DNA of 64,000 nt from Blasia pusilla (Eukaryota): positions 5,952,001 through 6,016,000 of the forward strand of contig CM114271.1 of the NCBI GenBank assembly GCA_050084515.1, in the 5' to 3' direction. Position numbers and translations under genes: made by a program. This document shows, one piece after another, positions 51,304 to 64,000 of the stretch (position 1 is its first letter; every line of letters starts with the position of its first letter). The notes under the pieces are model-generated. The model saw only the letters and a program-made list of their open reading frames with translations, had not been told where the DNA came from and ran no database searches.

Positions 51304-53855
51304 ACTTGATTACGAGGATATGTTGGTTGAATTGGAAGTTCTTGGGGAAAATTCAACACATTTTAAATAGGTGGTTGACAATCCTAAGAGATGTTTTTGA
51401 TCAAGATACTCCGAATGAGCTTACAAATATGGAAAATTCTCCAAGTGCAATGGTCCCATATATTTAAGGTAGGAAACAAGGTCCCAATAAAAAGCGGAAT
51501 TTTAAAAAGGGAGAGGGGGAGCTCACAGAGTTTAGTACATGAAGGTCACAATCGGCCCAAGGTTTAAGGTAGGAGGGATGAGGTCAAGGGTCCCTTCTCT
51601 CTCTCTCCGGTCCCTTCAACTCTTTTTCCTTAACTTGTGGTAGTCCAAAGGAAGTCAGATTTTTTTTTCAGACCAAGCCTTGAATTTGTCTTAAATTCAC
51701 CGTTTAGAGCTTTAAAAATTCGGAAAATCATTTCAAAGTTTCAAACCAAAGAAAAAAGCTTCTGCCCATTTCAGAATTTTCCTCTGACCGACTAATAAGG
51801 TGTCTATGGATCGCAGGGGAAATAAAAAAATGTTTGAAAAGTTTTTGTTAGTGTATATCCGTGAAAAAAAAAATAATAAAATTCAAACATTTTTACAAAT
51901 TCAAACATTTTTCTCTATCCTTATTATGGGAAACATTTTCTTACTTACCATGTGTCACACATACAATAAGAAATAATATATAAATTAAAAACTTCCCAAT
52001 ACTCCCGGAAAATACTTGCCAGTCATTACTGGTTCCCGGGGATAAACTACGAGTGCGAGCGTCCGAATCATATTTCCCCGCGACGCAGGAATCTTATCCT
52101 ATATACTTCGCGATCCATGCCCGGGAAAAAGAAGGGACACGGCGTAAAGCACAGCTACAGCCCCGCACATATCTATTTTGAGTGTCCCTTTTCTTCGCGT
52201 AATAAAGAGCATTAGTTTGTGATTGTGGATCTTCAAATAGTCCTCACCCCGTCCCTCCCACCACCGCCGCCGCCGCATGCGAGGGGTGACGGGCTTTCTC
52301 CGCACTCGCCGAACCCCTTTCCCCGTCGTTTATGTTATTCTGCGTTTCTTTGCCGCGTGTCGGTACGCTTCATGATCCCGACGATGTGGAGGGACGATGA
52401 TCGATCGCTAGCACGAAGCTTTCGACGTGGCGCTGAACGATGCGGAGTTTGGACGAAGGTGCTCTCTTCTCTCTCTCTCATCGTCGAGCAATCGACCAGT
52501 TTCTCGCCGACGCTTTCGTGGATCGTGTACGTACGCCGCGTGCTCGTGATCGCGGACGAGCACAGCGAACGGGTGAGCCGCTGTCACGGCCTACGGGTTC
52601 GAAATTTCGCGTTCCGCGCTGCGATGAGAGGAGGAGGAGGAGGAGTCTCGCCTTCGGGGCCCGCAAGGCTCGGACAGTTTATTTTAGGCCGTCCGTTTTT
52701 TCCCGGATATATATTCATGCCTATACGGTTTTAAAAAATATGATCCAGTCCCGTTCCTACCTGCAAGGCTTCGTCGTCTCCGGTTTTCTTCCGGTGGACA
52801 GAAGTTTTGTCCAGCGGATAATAGGACTCCGCGTTAGTTTCCCGTGTGTTTACTGATCTTGCGAAGTTTGGAGTTCGTCCCGTGTTTCAGGCGTTTCCCG
52901 GGCCCATGAAAGCTGGATCCCGCCCTATCAGGCGGTTCATGACCCGATGAACCGGTGATATCGTGCCGGTGCCCGGAATGGTCGCCGAATGACATTCCGC
53001 ATCATTTGGAGGCGAATTTCGTGCTTGTCCTGTGGGATTGTAATATAATAATAGGGGCACTCACTGCCGGAGTTGGGAGGCCCCCGGGAGTCGTGGCAAC
53101 GGCCCATGCCCGTTTGAAGAAACGGGTACCTACACGGCTCCCGTTTTTGAGAACGGGACGTTCGAAAGAAACTTTTGTCCTTCTTCGGACGATACCAATT
53201 TTTAAATTATTTTTTATAAAAAAGTTATTATTATTATTCAATAAAGTCCATTCGTGCGGACTACGCGGGAATTTCCCCGGTCCCCGTATTTGTTCCCCGT
53301 CGGGAGGAAATGAGTGGCCTTAATAATATCCGAACAGAACTTCGTACAGGTGCCAGTCTCACTGACTCACTTCGCCGTCGTCCCCTTCCCCGTTCGGTTC
53401 GGTTTTGGATAGACCCGAGCGAGAGATTCCAGCCGTGCTTCGGCAACAGGGCACCACGTGGCTCGTCCGCGAGTCATCCAACTCAGCCTCGGTGACGGTG
53501 AAGGTGGGGGTTTACTCGCTCCGACCGAGAAACGTCCGGACTCTCGACGTGAGAGTCCCGGTGACGGAGCTGGATGACCGGCGTCGCTATATCCGGATGT
53601 GAGGTATTCGTCCTCGTGCTGTGGAGCTCTAGGGCACGAGCCCGATCAGTGACAACAATTCGAGGACTTTGGTACTACCCGTCTTAGTGATACAGAAAAG
53701 CAGTACCACTCCGCCGACGCGTTTCTGTCATCCGCATAGCTTCCATTGTATACTCGGCGGGGAGCGCTGGATTTGTCTTGTTCATGACTGGTGGAACAGA
53801 TGATTGTCTTCTTCGTGGGTGAAACGAAGGATTATCACCACTGCCGTCATCGCAG

Positions 53856-54069
53856 CAGGGAGAACCGGTACATTTCCGGTCTGTACGGACGAGAACGGTA
53901 ATTTTTGATATTTTCTCGAATCCGGCCGGTTAAAGAGATACAAATACAGATACAAAGGAGAACCTTGATTTTCTGCCGGTTTTTTGGCCGTTGATTTGCA
54001 AAGTGAATCGGAAATTCTAAATTTCTTCCGGCTAGGTCAACACGCAACCGCGGTTCTCCCCGGACATTG
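53856..54069. mobile_element. hAT-type MITE, copy 1
   Basis: CAGGG...GGACATTG flanked by CATCGCAG / CATCGCAT (7/8 TSD match). Highly similar to 54319-54511. Confidence 0.8.
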
Positions 54070-54318
54070 CATCGCATGGCTTAGATACTGGGAGCAGCTC
54101 CAGAGGATCTCAGGCAGGATTCGTCGTTATAGGTGGAAAGGATCGGGAGTCCCGACATGTGGCAAAGGTATTTCTCACCAGTCGTCCATAGACTGGAAGA
54201 TTAGGTGCCGTAGCGCAACAAGTACCAAAGGAATAGAAGCATCATGCGAGCCCTCAACCCACTCGCCGGTAGAAAAGTGCGGTCTTGTTGGAGTTCCGTG
54301 CCACCACCTTCCCTAGAC

Positions 54319-54511
54319 CAGGGTCCGGGTATTTACAGACCAGAACGGTAATTTTTATATTTTCTTGAATCCGGCCGGCTAAAGAGATACAAATACAAAG
54401 AAGAACCCCTGTATTTTGCCGGTTTTTGGCCGTTGATTTGCAAAGTGAATCGGAAATTCTAAATTTCTTCCGGCCAGGTCAACACGTAACCCCGGTTCTC
54501 CCCGGACATTG
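54319..54511. mobile_element. hAT-type MITE, copy 2
   Basis: TIRs CAGGGTCCGGG / CCCGGACATTG. Perfect 8-bp TSD CCCTAGAC at 54311-54318 and 54512-54519. Confidence 0.88.
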
Positions 54512-56305
54512 CCCTAGACGGTGGTTCTTCGTATACGTCGGCGGCAGTCAGACGCGAGAGGAAGATAACGATGTTCAATTTGGACCTGGTCCTATGTGCA
54601 CGGATTGAAACGAACGCGTGCGCCATGTAGGTCTGTTTCGTTGGATTTTTTTTTCTTGCCAGTCACTCGGCAATTTTAGATTCCGTTCGAAAGTGCGTCG
54701 CAGATGCGCATGTTTCATGTCGCGGACTTTGGGCTTCACGTCAAAGGAACCATGGCGCCAGAAACAATAGAAGACAGGTTCAACTCAAGTCATCTACCAC
54801 ATCCCTCGTTGTTGTCGACCAACGATTCGCTTAAGGATGAACTTTCTTTTCCATACGCTAGCTCATGCATTAACGGAGAACTAAACCTTACGTTCACTTG
54901 GTACTGCCACTGAATGTACTGGTGTAGTTGGCAGCATCTTGCTGGAGCACGATTCTCATGTTCTAACGAAAGCAACTTTGACCTTCCTCCACCTGCACAC
55001 GAGAGCGACAAGACCGGGGGATGTGACATGGACTAGAGATTCAAGAGGTGAAACGTGTCCGTTTAGGGTGTGACAACACACTCAGGCACTTCGAAATGTA
55101 AGGGGGCGTCTTAGAGCCTTGGGTCTTTCCAGAAACAGCGTTAGGGCCCAGCGATATGCAGAATGTCCCTGCTCTTCCTTGGAACAACACCGCAGAACCC
55201 TAGCCAATTGTCAACGGACGTCGTCTCGGATCCGCATTGATGCATGCGTCCGTCTACCGAATTGCAATGAGTTGTCAGTTCAGCTTTCGAGAGAGCACAT
55301 CTGAATCAAAAGTGAAAAACCGGCCTTCCCGCTAGACGATCTTACATTTCAATGTTAGCGCAAACAACACAAGAACAATAAAAGTCGAAGTTCCATGGCC
55401 ACTTTCAAGATTCAATGGCGTCCGAGGACTTCCCTTCGACGTTTCTATTGCCATGTATCTCCATCCTTTTCATAATCACGACAGGACTTATTTCCCATCC
55501 CTCATTTACCTCAACAGAATCATGAAAACCACAACCTCATCGTTTCGCGGGGCCATGACTGACCGAAAAGCACAGCTTTTACAAGGAAACACAACACGGT
55601 TCTCCATAGCTTCGTCCGCCGTCACGGGGCAACCCATCTTCAAGTCCGCTTGCGTAGTGCTCGAAGTTTCTACACACCAATAGTTTCTACCACATTTGTT
55701 CTTCCGTCATTCGACCGAACTCTGTTTAGACACTGTTCAACACAAACTCGTCGGAAGATTGAGAAATTCTTCCTACTTCGGGTTTTTATTGCCGGGTGAT
55801 CTACAAGCACCACATATTTTGGTGGCCAATGAATGTACAATGGACGTATCGGAAGCATAGGTGACTTCAATCTATGTGAACCTGTAACCCCACGCATCCC
55901 ACGCATTAGCGGATAAACCTACCTACATTGAGTACGGCGGCAGTACGTTGGTCATGAAGTTGCATTCTTGGCGTGTTTAGGACGAGGGATACTCCGTGGG
56001 TAATGTGGTCCATGAGTGATACAAGGACATTCAGAGAATCAGAAGATTCAGAGCTGTAAGGACGAATAACACAATACGCAGGCCGGGATAAGCTAGAAAT
56101 GACGATTGGCTGAACACCTAGGGCGGACATAGGGCTAACTTGGGAATCAGATCGGGTGCGGGAGTAAAAGTCGTCTGAACTGAAACCACGCGATTTGGCT
56201 GCGTGCTATCCTGGTAGAGAGTCCAGTCAAGCACGCGCTGACATATATCTCCCCGCATGGTACCCGCAGATACTCGCAATTATCGATGATGTGGGCCAGT
56301 TTCGT

Positions 56306-59300
56306 TCATGTTCCAAGATTCTGCACTTTCTGCCTCAAAGACCGCAGCTCGTTGTCAAGCGCTTCGAGTTGACTCTGAAGTCCCACTATCCGCGCCCTTT
56401 CCAACTCGGCTGCTACACGATACGGAGCGGTCAGTGATTGAATATCTGCCCTGAGCTGCTCCACGTTCTGCTGCAAGTCCCTCTCCATCGCCTCCTCCAA
56501 TTGTCTGGCCAGACTGTCTGCCACTCTGTTGACTTTCTTCTTCACGTCTTGCCTCCGAGAAGGTAAGTTCCACACTCCCACAAACCTGGACGGCAAAGGC
56601 CCATAGCGGCCATCAACACTCAGCTTACAACGAGACAAGGCTTCAAGTTTTCTTCCGAACTGAGAAAATTCGCCAAATTACTCCGAAATGCCCACTCCGC
56701 AAGGATTTTGTTTGCACAAGTCTACTTTCACAGGCTACTCATGCACAATGAAGCGCTTATGCGGTCAGTTCGTTCGAACACGCGGGTAAGCGGAAGAAGA
56801 CGGAGGAATTGCGACGAAGTAACTGACAACAAATCGAGTGTAAACCTCCTCAACAGTAGCGTCTTAGAGCTTACCCGCCTGCAGTACACACACCAAGGGC
56901 CACAAGATCTTCCAAAGTAGTAGGTAAGATGGATGTCAAAACTGATGCAGATACACCTGCGGCTCCCAGTCCAGTAAATGTACCCAACACCTACTCACGG
57001 ATCATTTCGAGTGCATCCAACGACAAGGAACTTCCCATCAGAACAAGAGAAGGCGAAACATTTTCACAGCAGCTCATTCAAGACAACGAAGGGTGGACTT
57101 CTGAACAAAGTTGGAGACGCTAGGCTCAAACACAGCATACAATATATTCGTACTAGGGGTCATGTAAGGCACACAGGTAAGAATTGTACCACTTCTCGGA
57201 TTTCCTGATCGAGTAGTAGCTCTGCGGCTTTTATATCGAAACCATTCAACACGGCGATGCTGTTACTGACATTTCTTTGTTTCTCCTCCTTAAACTTGTC
57301 CGATACTTGCAGGCCATTCGAGATACCTGATTTGGAGTAAGGAATTACATCCGGCCAGCGACTCCGGACGAGCTCTCCATACATGTCCAGCTGCCTTACG
57401 GTGTTGGACATCAACCACGTTCCATGCTCTTGAAGGACTTTCTGCATATCAACCACAAGCGTGTAGCGGTGCTGTGATTTGAGTGTCGAGTTTGATATTA
57501 TAAGAACAAGAAAAATCCTACATTAACTCTGGAATTGTTCACATTTCATATGCTCCATATTCGATTATAAGGGTTGGGTATAACTCCTTTACGCCCAACC
57601 CTTTGGGTGTAAAGGAGTTTAAGGGGAGTAATCTTCATATCTGACCGCATCCCGAAGGAACTTAAGTGCATGCGTCTCTCTCCTTCCCTTCCTACCACAT
57701 ACACCCACTCACACAAAATTTTCACAAAAAGGAATGAAGGGGTTTCTCTACCTGGATATCAGAATCTGCCGAGTCAACAACTTGCTTGCTGAACCCACTA
57801 GAAACTGGCATCCCCCGTGTTGCATCAGTTCCAAGTAAATACTTGAATATGGCTTCGATGTTGGAAAGCCTCAAGACTGAGTCGACGAACTTTCCTGCAC
57901 GGCCCTTGGCTGCAGTGATCTGGCATTCGTTACAGATATCAAGTTTCGTTACTCATTTTCATGACCAGGCGTCGCGGCATAACTGGCCTATGATAGCGTC
58001 ATCGCAAAAAATAAGTAACCATACCGACAAGAGGTGACAGTGACAGTTCATAGAGTAAAGCAGAATGTACGGAAGACAGGAGATGACAAACAGAACTTAC
58101 CACCATCATTGTACGCTGTCGTTGAAATGCAGCATCAGCTTGGATTGCTTGCTGGTACTGACTGAGTTGTTCATCTATCTGAGCTAAAATTCTGAGATCG
58201 CTCTCAGCTTTGACAATATCTGCAGAAAGTTGTCTATCACTAGCCCCCAGCAAAGCCGTTGCAATTCCTAGAGGAGTCTCAAGTTTCAACCTAAGCCTCT
58301 CAGCCCCGGCATCCGTAGACCCACCTAAGAAGCTAAAGATAAACTCCTCTAACTCTTCGAATCCACTGCTTTTCCAAAAGCTGTCTTGCAGAAGTAGCTC
58401 CGTGTCAATGACACCATCTTCCCCAAAGGCTGCTTGCTTTGCAAGCAGAGCACGTCGAGCAGAAACAGGGTACACAGATGCCTTCTCAACACCCAATAAA
58501 GTTTGAGCGTTCTCCTTCACAAAACTCATCACCTCTTCCAGCTGTCATTGTTCAACAGCAAAAGTCGGAGCATTATTTGGCTGTGCAATTTAGGAGTCAA
58601 TACGAAAAACAACGAAAGAAAGACAACCTCACTAAGTTTTATCAGTTCCTGATGTCTCTTAAAAATTAATTGTTTCAACGATAGGAAGAAAGCAACCAAG
58701 GGTAATAGAGAATCCGCCACTTCATCTCTCCCAAATTTATCATCCAGTGCTGTAAGCCTTTCTATGTGCTCGTATATTTTGCTGAAATTATGTGTGAGCC
58801 TACCTCTGTTGGATCTGAAAGAACATCAGACTTGTTCAAAATGAAAATGATTTTCTTGCCCCACTGACGTATGTACCTAAGAAATGTCACCTGTCAAAAA
58901 AAACACAGCACCCCTGTGAAAGTTAGAGTATTGCGTTAGAGATATTTGAAACCTGAAATTTGACAGTTCCAGGGACTACATGTGGAAGATGTTCCAGACA
59001 TCAAGTTCTGAACAGTAGCAATGAGAAAGAAACTGAGAGTTTCAAAGAATATGTGAAGGGTGTTCTCATCATGAAATGCTCTACAGGAACTCTGACAAAT
59101 ACCCAAGAGTACATAGCAATCAGTTATGCAGTCTATGAAACAGGTCAGATCGTATTTGAAATTACATTCAAGTCAAAACTGACATTTCTTGGGACTGCAA
59201 ATACGAAATCCATCCAAATGATGCAACAAGTAACTAGTATTGAACAAGTCAGAAAGTGATCGAGTACACTTCCAGAACAGAGCTATAAAACGGGACAAGC

Positions 59301-62300
59301 CAAGAAAGGGAATATCATGCGATCCTGAAGAGGAGGCTAAAAGAAGAGACCAAGAGTTCCTTTTTTTTTTTTTTTTTTAAAATTCTGTGCATTACAGAGG
59401 CTTCAAACCTCTGTTAGTCACCTCCGAAAACGTGCATGCTCCTAGCCCAGAACAGTAATTTCCTCCAAGTTTGCTCTCAAAGCAATCTTCCTTTTAGCTT
59501 TAAGCCATCCTTTGGACAAAGTTTGCCTTCAAAAACTTCAAATAAACCAGCTTCCAGAGCTCACCTCACTCTCAGTTAGTGGTCGGTCCACAGATAGCAC
59601 AAACAGCACCAAATCTGCCCGAGGTACAAACTCCTCTGTCAACCGCTGCTGTCGCTGAAGAATGACATTGGTGCCGGGTGTATCCACAAGATTCATCTGC
59701 TCTAACCAACATTTACAACCACAGGTGATAAATAAGGGCACAGTCTTCATCCAAAATAGAGATGGACCACTGATCGATCTGCTTGGGAGTTTGTGTCATG
59801 GGACCATTATCTGTTTTCAGCAAGGCTATAACATCATTCAGATCTGCTCTACATCCCAACCGGACAGACTAAAAGGTACTCAGTCACTTTGCTAGACTTT
59901 ACACAATATCAATACCCACTGTATCCTATTTATTACAAACTAAAATATGATACCATACCTGTTTTAAGAGTTCTGCAGGAAGATAGCGCAGGAAATGACC
60001 ATCAGGATGTCTCTCTGATCGTTCATCTCCATCAAGACCTTCTTCAGAATGTCGAAGTACAGTTATTTCATTGGTAGTTGGAAGCACCCCATCCTTCAAG
60101 AACCTCTTCCCCAGAAGGGCATTGATGAGTGAGGACTTTCCTGAGTTGAATTCTCCCTGAGGAAGCAGAGGGCTGTGAACTGAGAGACTAGAACAAAAAT
60201 AGCAATTTACGAAATCAAGAAGTTCCCACATGAGTACTGAATGTCATCTGTGGTGATTCCAATCCACTATCGATGACCATCCCAGGATCTGCTGTCAGCA
60301 GAATCAATTGAAACACTCGCAGACAGATCCAAGGCTTGTGTCAACTGAATCCACAACTAAACAGAGTTCTCCATAATCTGTGAAGGCTTTTTTTGTGTTA
60401 TCTTTCTATCAATTGAAAAATTGTAGGGCCAGGACAATCCTCAGAATATACAGCTCTCTATTCGTGTTCCTTGCAATGCCGTGCAGCATTTCTGTATGCA
60501 CTTAAGAACTCATGAGAACTAACCTGCTTGAACGATTTCCAATAGCTTCTTTCATTTGGTTCACGAGTCAAACTATTGTGTATCCCTTAAATAGCCTCCG
60601 TTTCAAAAATTATGAACTCTCACCAGGACTGGGGCATGATTGTTTCAAGTAGCCACTTTGTAGACAAAAGGTACAAAAAAGTTCTTAACTTTCGACAGAA
60701 GGATCCCTACAGCATTAAATTAGCTACTCAGGCCAAGAAAGCATCTTATCCCACCACCGTGTATGTGATGGAGATCTCTATTAGCCGACCTTGCTTTTTC
60801 AAAGGAAGAGGCAGCAGGCTTCATTCCTATGTTTGGTGAAATCAAAAGACTGCTTAGCACTCGATCCGTTTGTGAAACCCATCCCTAAGTTTAATCAGCC
60901 CTATCTTTTCACAATATACACTTGAAACAGACGGTTCATTTCTTGCAAAGGTGTTATTGTAACCTATAGTCCAATTCATATGAGAAAAGGGTAAATAGCC
61001 TACCACAATGACCAGCAAGAATAGCTCATCCAACTGCTTGACCGAATCCACCAATAGAGAGATTTCCTCCATCTGTTAGCCAGACAAACAGTGTTAAATT
61101 CACAGAATTGTGTCTGTCGCCCCCTTCCTTATTTTGAAGGGTTTCCCTTGATCTCAAGTCAAACACTGCAGGATGACCTCCATGACAGACGCTAAAAAAA
61201 GTTTAGTTCACTACAGTTGTCAGTAGTTTCACCAGTATCAAGACTACGTACGGTTGAAGAGGAAAGAAAAAGGTTTAGCATGACTCCACCACATAGAACA
61301 TCGTGTACTATCTCCAACATGATAACATTACAACTTCATAAAACACAACCGGTACAGCTAAGAGCTCGATCATGCGCTCTGTAGAGGACTCTGGATATCT
61401 ACAGCACAAATTTTCAGACCCATTGATCCCTTTCTGTCTTCTAATTTGGCCATACATTTTGCAAGTCCATCCATCATTCTCTCTGAATACCTTAAGTATA
61501 AGGATGAAGATAGATTTCTACTTCCTTTGTATAAATCATATCTCCCCCCCTTGATACCTATGTCAAAGCCTGTTAACCATGCAGCCGAGATTACAAAGAA
61601 AGAATTGGGAACCACATTTTGTTTCAGTGAGACTTTCTGAAGTCAACAGTAGGTGAGCCTCATAGGAAGGTAAGTTACCACTTCTACCATTGCCAAAATT
61701 TCAATAAAATTCAGGTCATACAAAATAGAAGTCAAAATCATGTCATGGAATATGTTCTCAACAAACATGGTCATATTCGTGATATTAGCTACTCATAGAC
61801 ACCAAGATGAGCACACAACCTGTTTGCAACTTACTAAATTTGGAGGAGTAGCTTGCCTTGTGGAGGACAGGTTGCAGATATTTTTGTTGAGTGATACTAT
61901 GACAACGCACGGTTCATATGGGTGAAAGTGCAGAAGCACGCCCATTTAAGGCCGGCACCTCTAGAAAACTGCCGAAGCAGTTTTCTAGGGGAGGTTTTGA
62001 GATTCCCGGATGACCATATGGAAAGAGGCTAAGAAGTAAGGGCTCAGTGATTCTGGAGTCTGCTTTTCTTCCTTTGTGTGGGCTGACAAGGGTGGCTCTG
62101 CTGTTATTTAATCTACTGTAACTGTTTTATTTCCCCTTGCCCCTGACCTCCGACAAAGTTAAAGTTGGTTCCATTCTATTAATAATCTTTCAACAGGGAT
62201 AGAGATACAGCTAAGCAATTTACTCTCCATAGAAATAAAGCACGTTTGGCAATTATTTACCAACGATTCTTCAACGGGGCAATCTGGAAGAGATGACCTC

Positions 62301-64000
62301 TGGTGAAGCAGCTTGCACAAAGTCAACCATTGTTGTAAGCAGCTTGCGCTCTTCTTCCACGATCAACTTGGCTTGTGTTTCTAGGTCCAGAGGTACCTCG
62401 GGTTCCTTTTCAATTACAGGAAAAGATCCATCTTGAACTCCTTGTATAGACGATGCTTGTGAGTAATCTTCACCTGTCTGGAACCTAGTAGTGTTCCCCT
62501 GCTGCTTCAATGCAAGATTTACGGCTGAAGACACAGAAGCCATATAACCAGCAACATCCTCCCTGTGTATCAAATCCCTTGCATTTAGGACAAGCCCACT
62601 TGCTCCAGCTTGTAGCATTCCTAATGTTCGCTCCAAATCTTTAGAGGACAACTCTAACATTGAGACATCGAGAAACACTGGAATGCTGACTTCCCTGCAG
62701 ACACTGCTTATATAATTGCCATGATCCTCAATTGCTGAACACTTGAGAAGTAGTAAGTCAGCCCCCTCCAATGCAGTGGCAGTTTTAGCTGACTGAGTGG
62801 ATGAGACAGTCCTCACCACAAGAGGTAACACTGCAGCTTCTGAAACAGCATTTTGCATCATTCTCCTTGCCACCACTGTCGGTAGCCCTGCAGAAGGAAA
62901 CATCATTATTCCCACCATAAGTATATAGCCGTCCAAAGCAAGAGACACAATCAACAAGACAATATAGTCTAATGGAGAAATCCTGTTGAGCAGGGCATTT
63001 ATTTACCGCTTGCTTTTGTAAATATCCATCCTAGACTACTGATTATCGATAACCCAAATTATGCTTCATGCGTGATGTCCAGAATCATAGGCTCTTTTTC
63101 TCATTCCCCGTCGATCCCTTTAGTAAATCGATTTCGTTTTCCCCTCGAAAATGAGGATGAAACTCAAGGTGAGAATTCAAAAAGGAGATTGGTCTCGGTC
63201 AGTTATCGGAGTGTTACAACACTATCAAACCAGTCGAAGAAATTGGAGAAAAAGGTGGAAACTTACGAGCTCTTTCAAGAACAGGAAGTAGGACTTTGGA
63301 GTTGAGCAACAACACAGATACCATTCTAGAAGACATGAGGGTTTAGAGTCTATAAACTTACAGCATGAAATATTCAAATCTTGAAGAAGAAGAGATAAAT
63401 TTTAGATCTGAAAGACTAAAGGAGGAGGGTTGGCTCCCATACACCTCTGGAAACAGAAGTCCCCGGAAGAATATCAGTTAAATTAACTGTAGGTTCAGGT
63501 CAAACATTCAAGACTAACCACTCCAAAATTTGTTGGGGTGAGTTAATGCCAAGTTAATCCATGATGGTGGCACTATTCACGAGCCTGTTTTGGTCAAGTC
63601 AAACTGAAGTATGTCACTGCGCGGGGTGCCGTTACGCATAACCGGCGAATGTGGGGTGCTGCAGTCTCACGGCTGTTGTCCACGCAATCGACAACCTTCA
63701 GGAAAATTGGGAGAAACTAAGCATTCACACTTGTATCTCAGAACGACGACTTAACCTCCACTCCACCCATCCGTCACGGGAAGACTCTGACAAATACTGG
63801 ATTGATTGGAAAAGGATTTACGATCGCTTTTAAGGACCACGTATGCATCTCTTTAAGAATTCGTACTGCACTTCAACGACAGGAGAAAGTGAATGCAGAT
63901 CAACTCCCGAGAGAGCGAGAGACGAAGAAAAAACTTAAGATTATTAAGGGCAATAACAACCTCCATCTGAGAGAACAACACCATCAGCACCAGCTGCCGC
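56306..64000 (-). CDS. FZL: FZO-like chloroplast dynamin-related GTPase, 5'-partial; exons >64000-63961, 62887-62298, 61072-61004, 60156-59959, 59696-59565, 58890-58804, 58541-58101, 57919-57752, 57441-57190, 56990-56875, 56585-56306
   Basis: G1 GEFNSGKS, G3 DTPG and G4 NKSD motifs; thiamine-phosphate-synthase-like N-region GVVLSDGGLPTVVAR; transmembrane segment GLGAAGVSASVLTSILPTTLEDL; C-terminal coiled coil. All GT-AG junctions are in phase. Confidence 0.95.

Noticed and set aside
53856-54511. TRIM or small LTR element
   Set aside because: Each repeat has its own 8-bp TSD and TIR-like ends. There is no TG..CA terminus, primer-binding site or polypurine tract.
55906-56130. 74-aa ORF downstream of FZL
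   Set aside because: No homology recognised and the candidate intron is too short. Likely 3' UTR.

Overview
Eukaryotic nuclear DNA from a land plant with flagellated sperm, most likely a bryophyte such as a liverwort (inferred from gene content and long intron-containing leaders). Four host genes lie on the minus strand. They are DUF177A/YceD (2 coding exons), a 4-exon gene for a 196-aa FAP85/RIB22-like ciliary microtubule-inner protein that the ORF track does not reveal, an intronless RIN4/NOI gene, and the 3' part of the dynamin-like FZL gene (10 exons, running off the right edge). Most remaining DNA is decayed transposable elements: Gypsy, Copia, CRE-clade non-LTR elements, hAT transposase remnants and MITEs, solo LTRs and Helitron-like ends. 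The most notable observation is a Ty3/Gypsy retrotransposon at 1-3540 whose polyprotein carries a DNMT3-like C5 cytosine methyltransferase between protease and reverse transcriptase. It is now pseudogenised and apparently split by a ~1.9 kb inversion. Its probable LTR family occurs twice more as solo LTRs with 4-bp target-site duplications (TSDs). Several perfect local inverted duplications are present, including a 69-bp stem in the DUF177A leader. All calls come from manual reading and recalled motifs; no database search was run.
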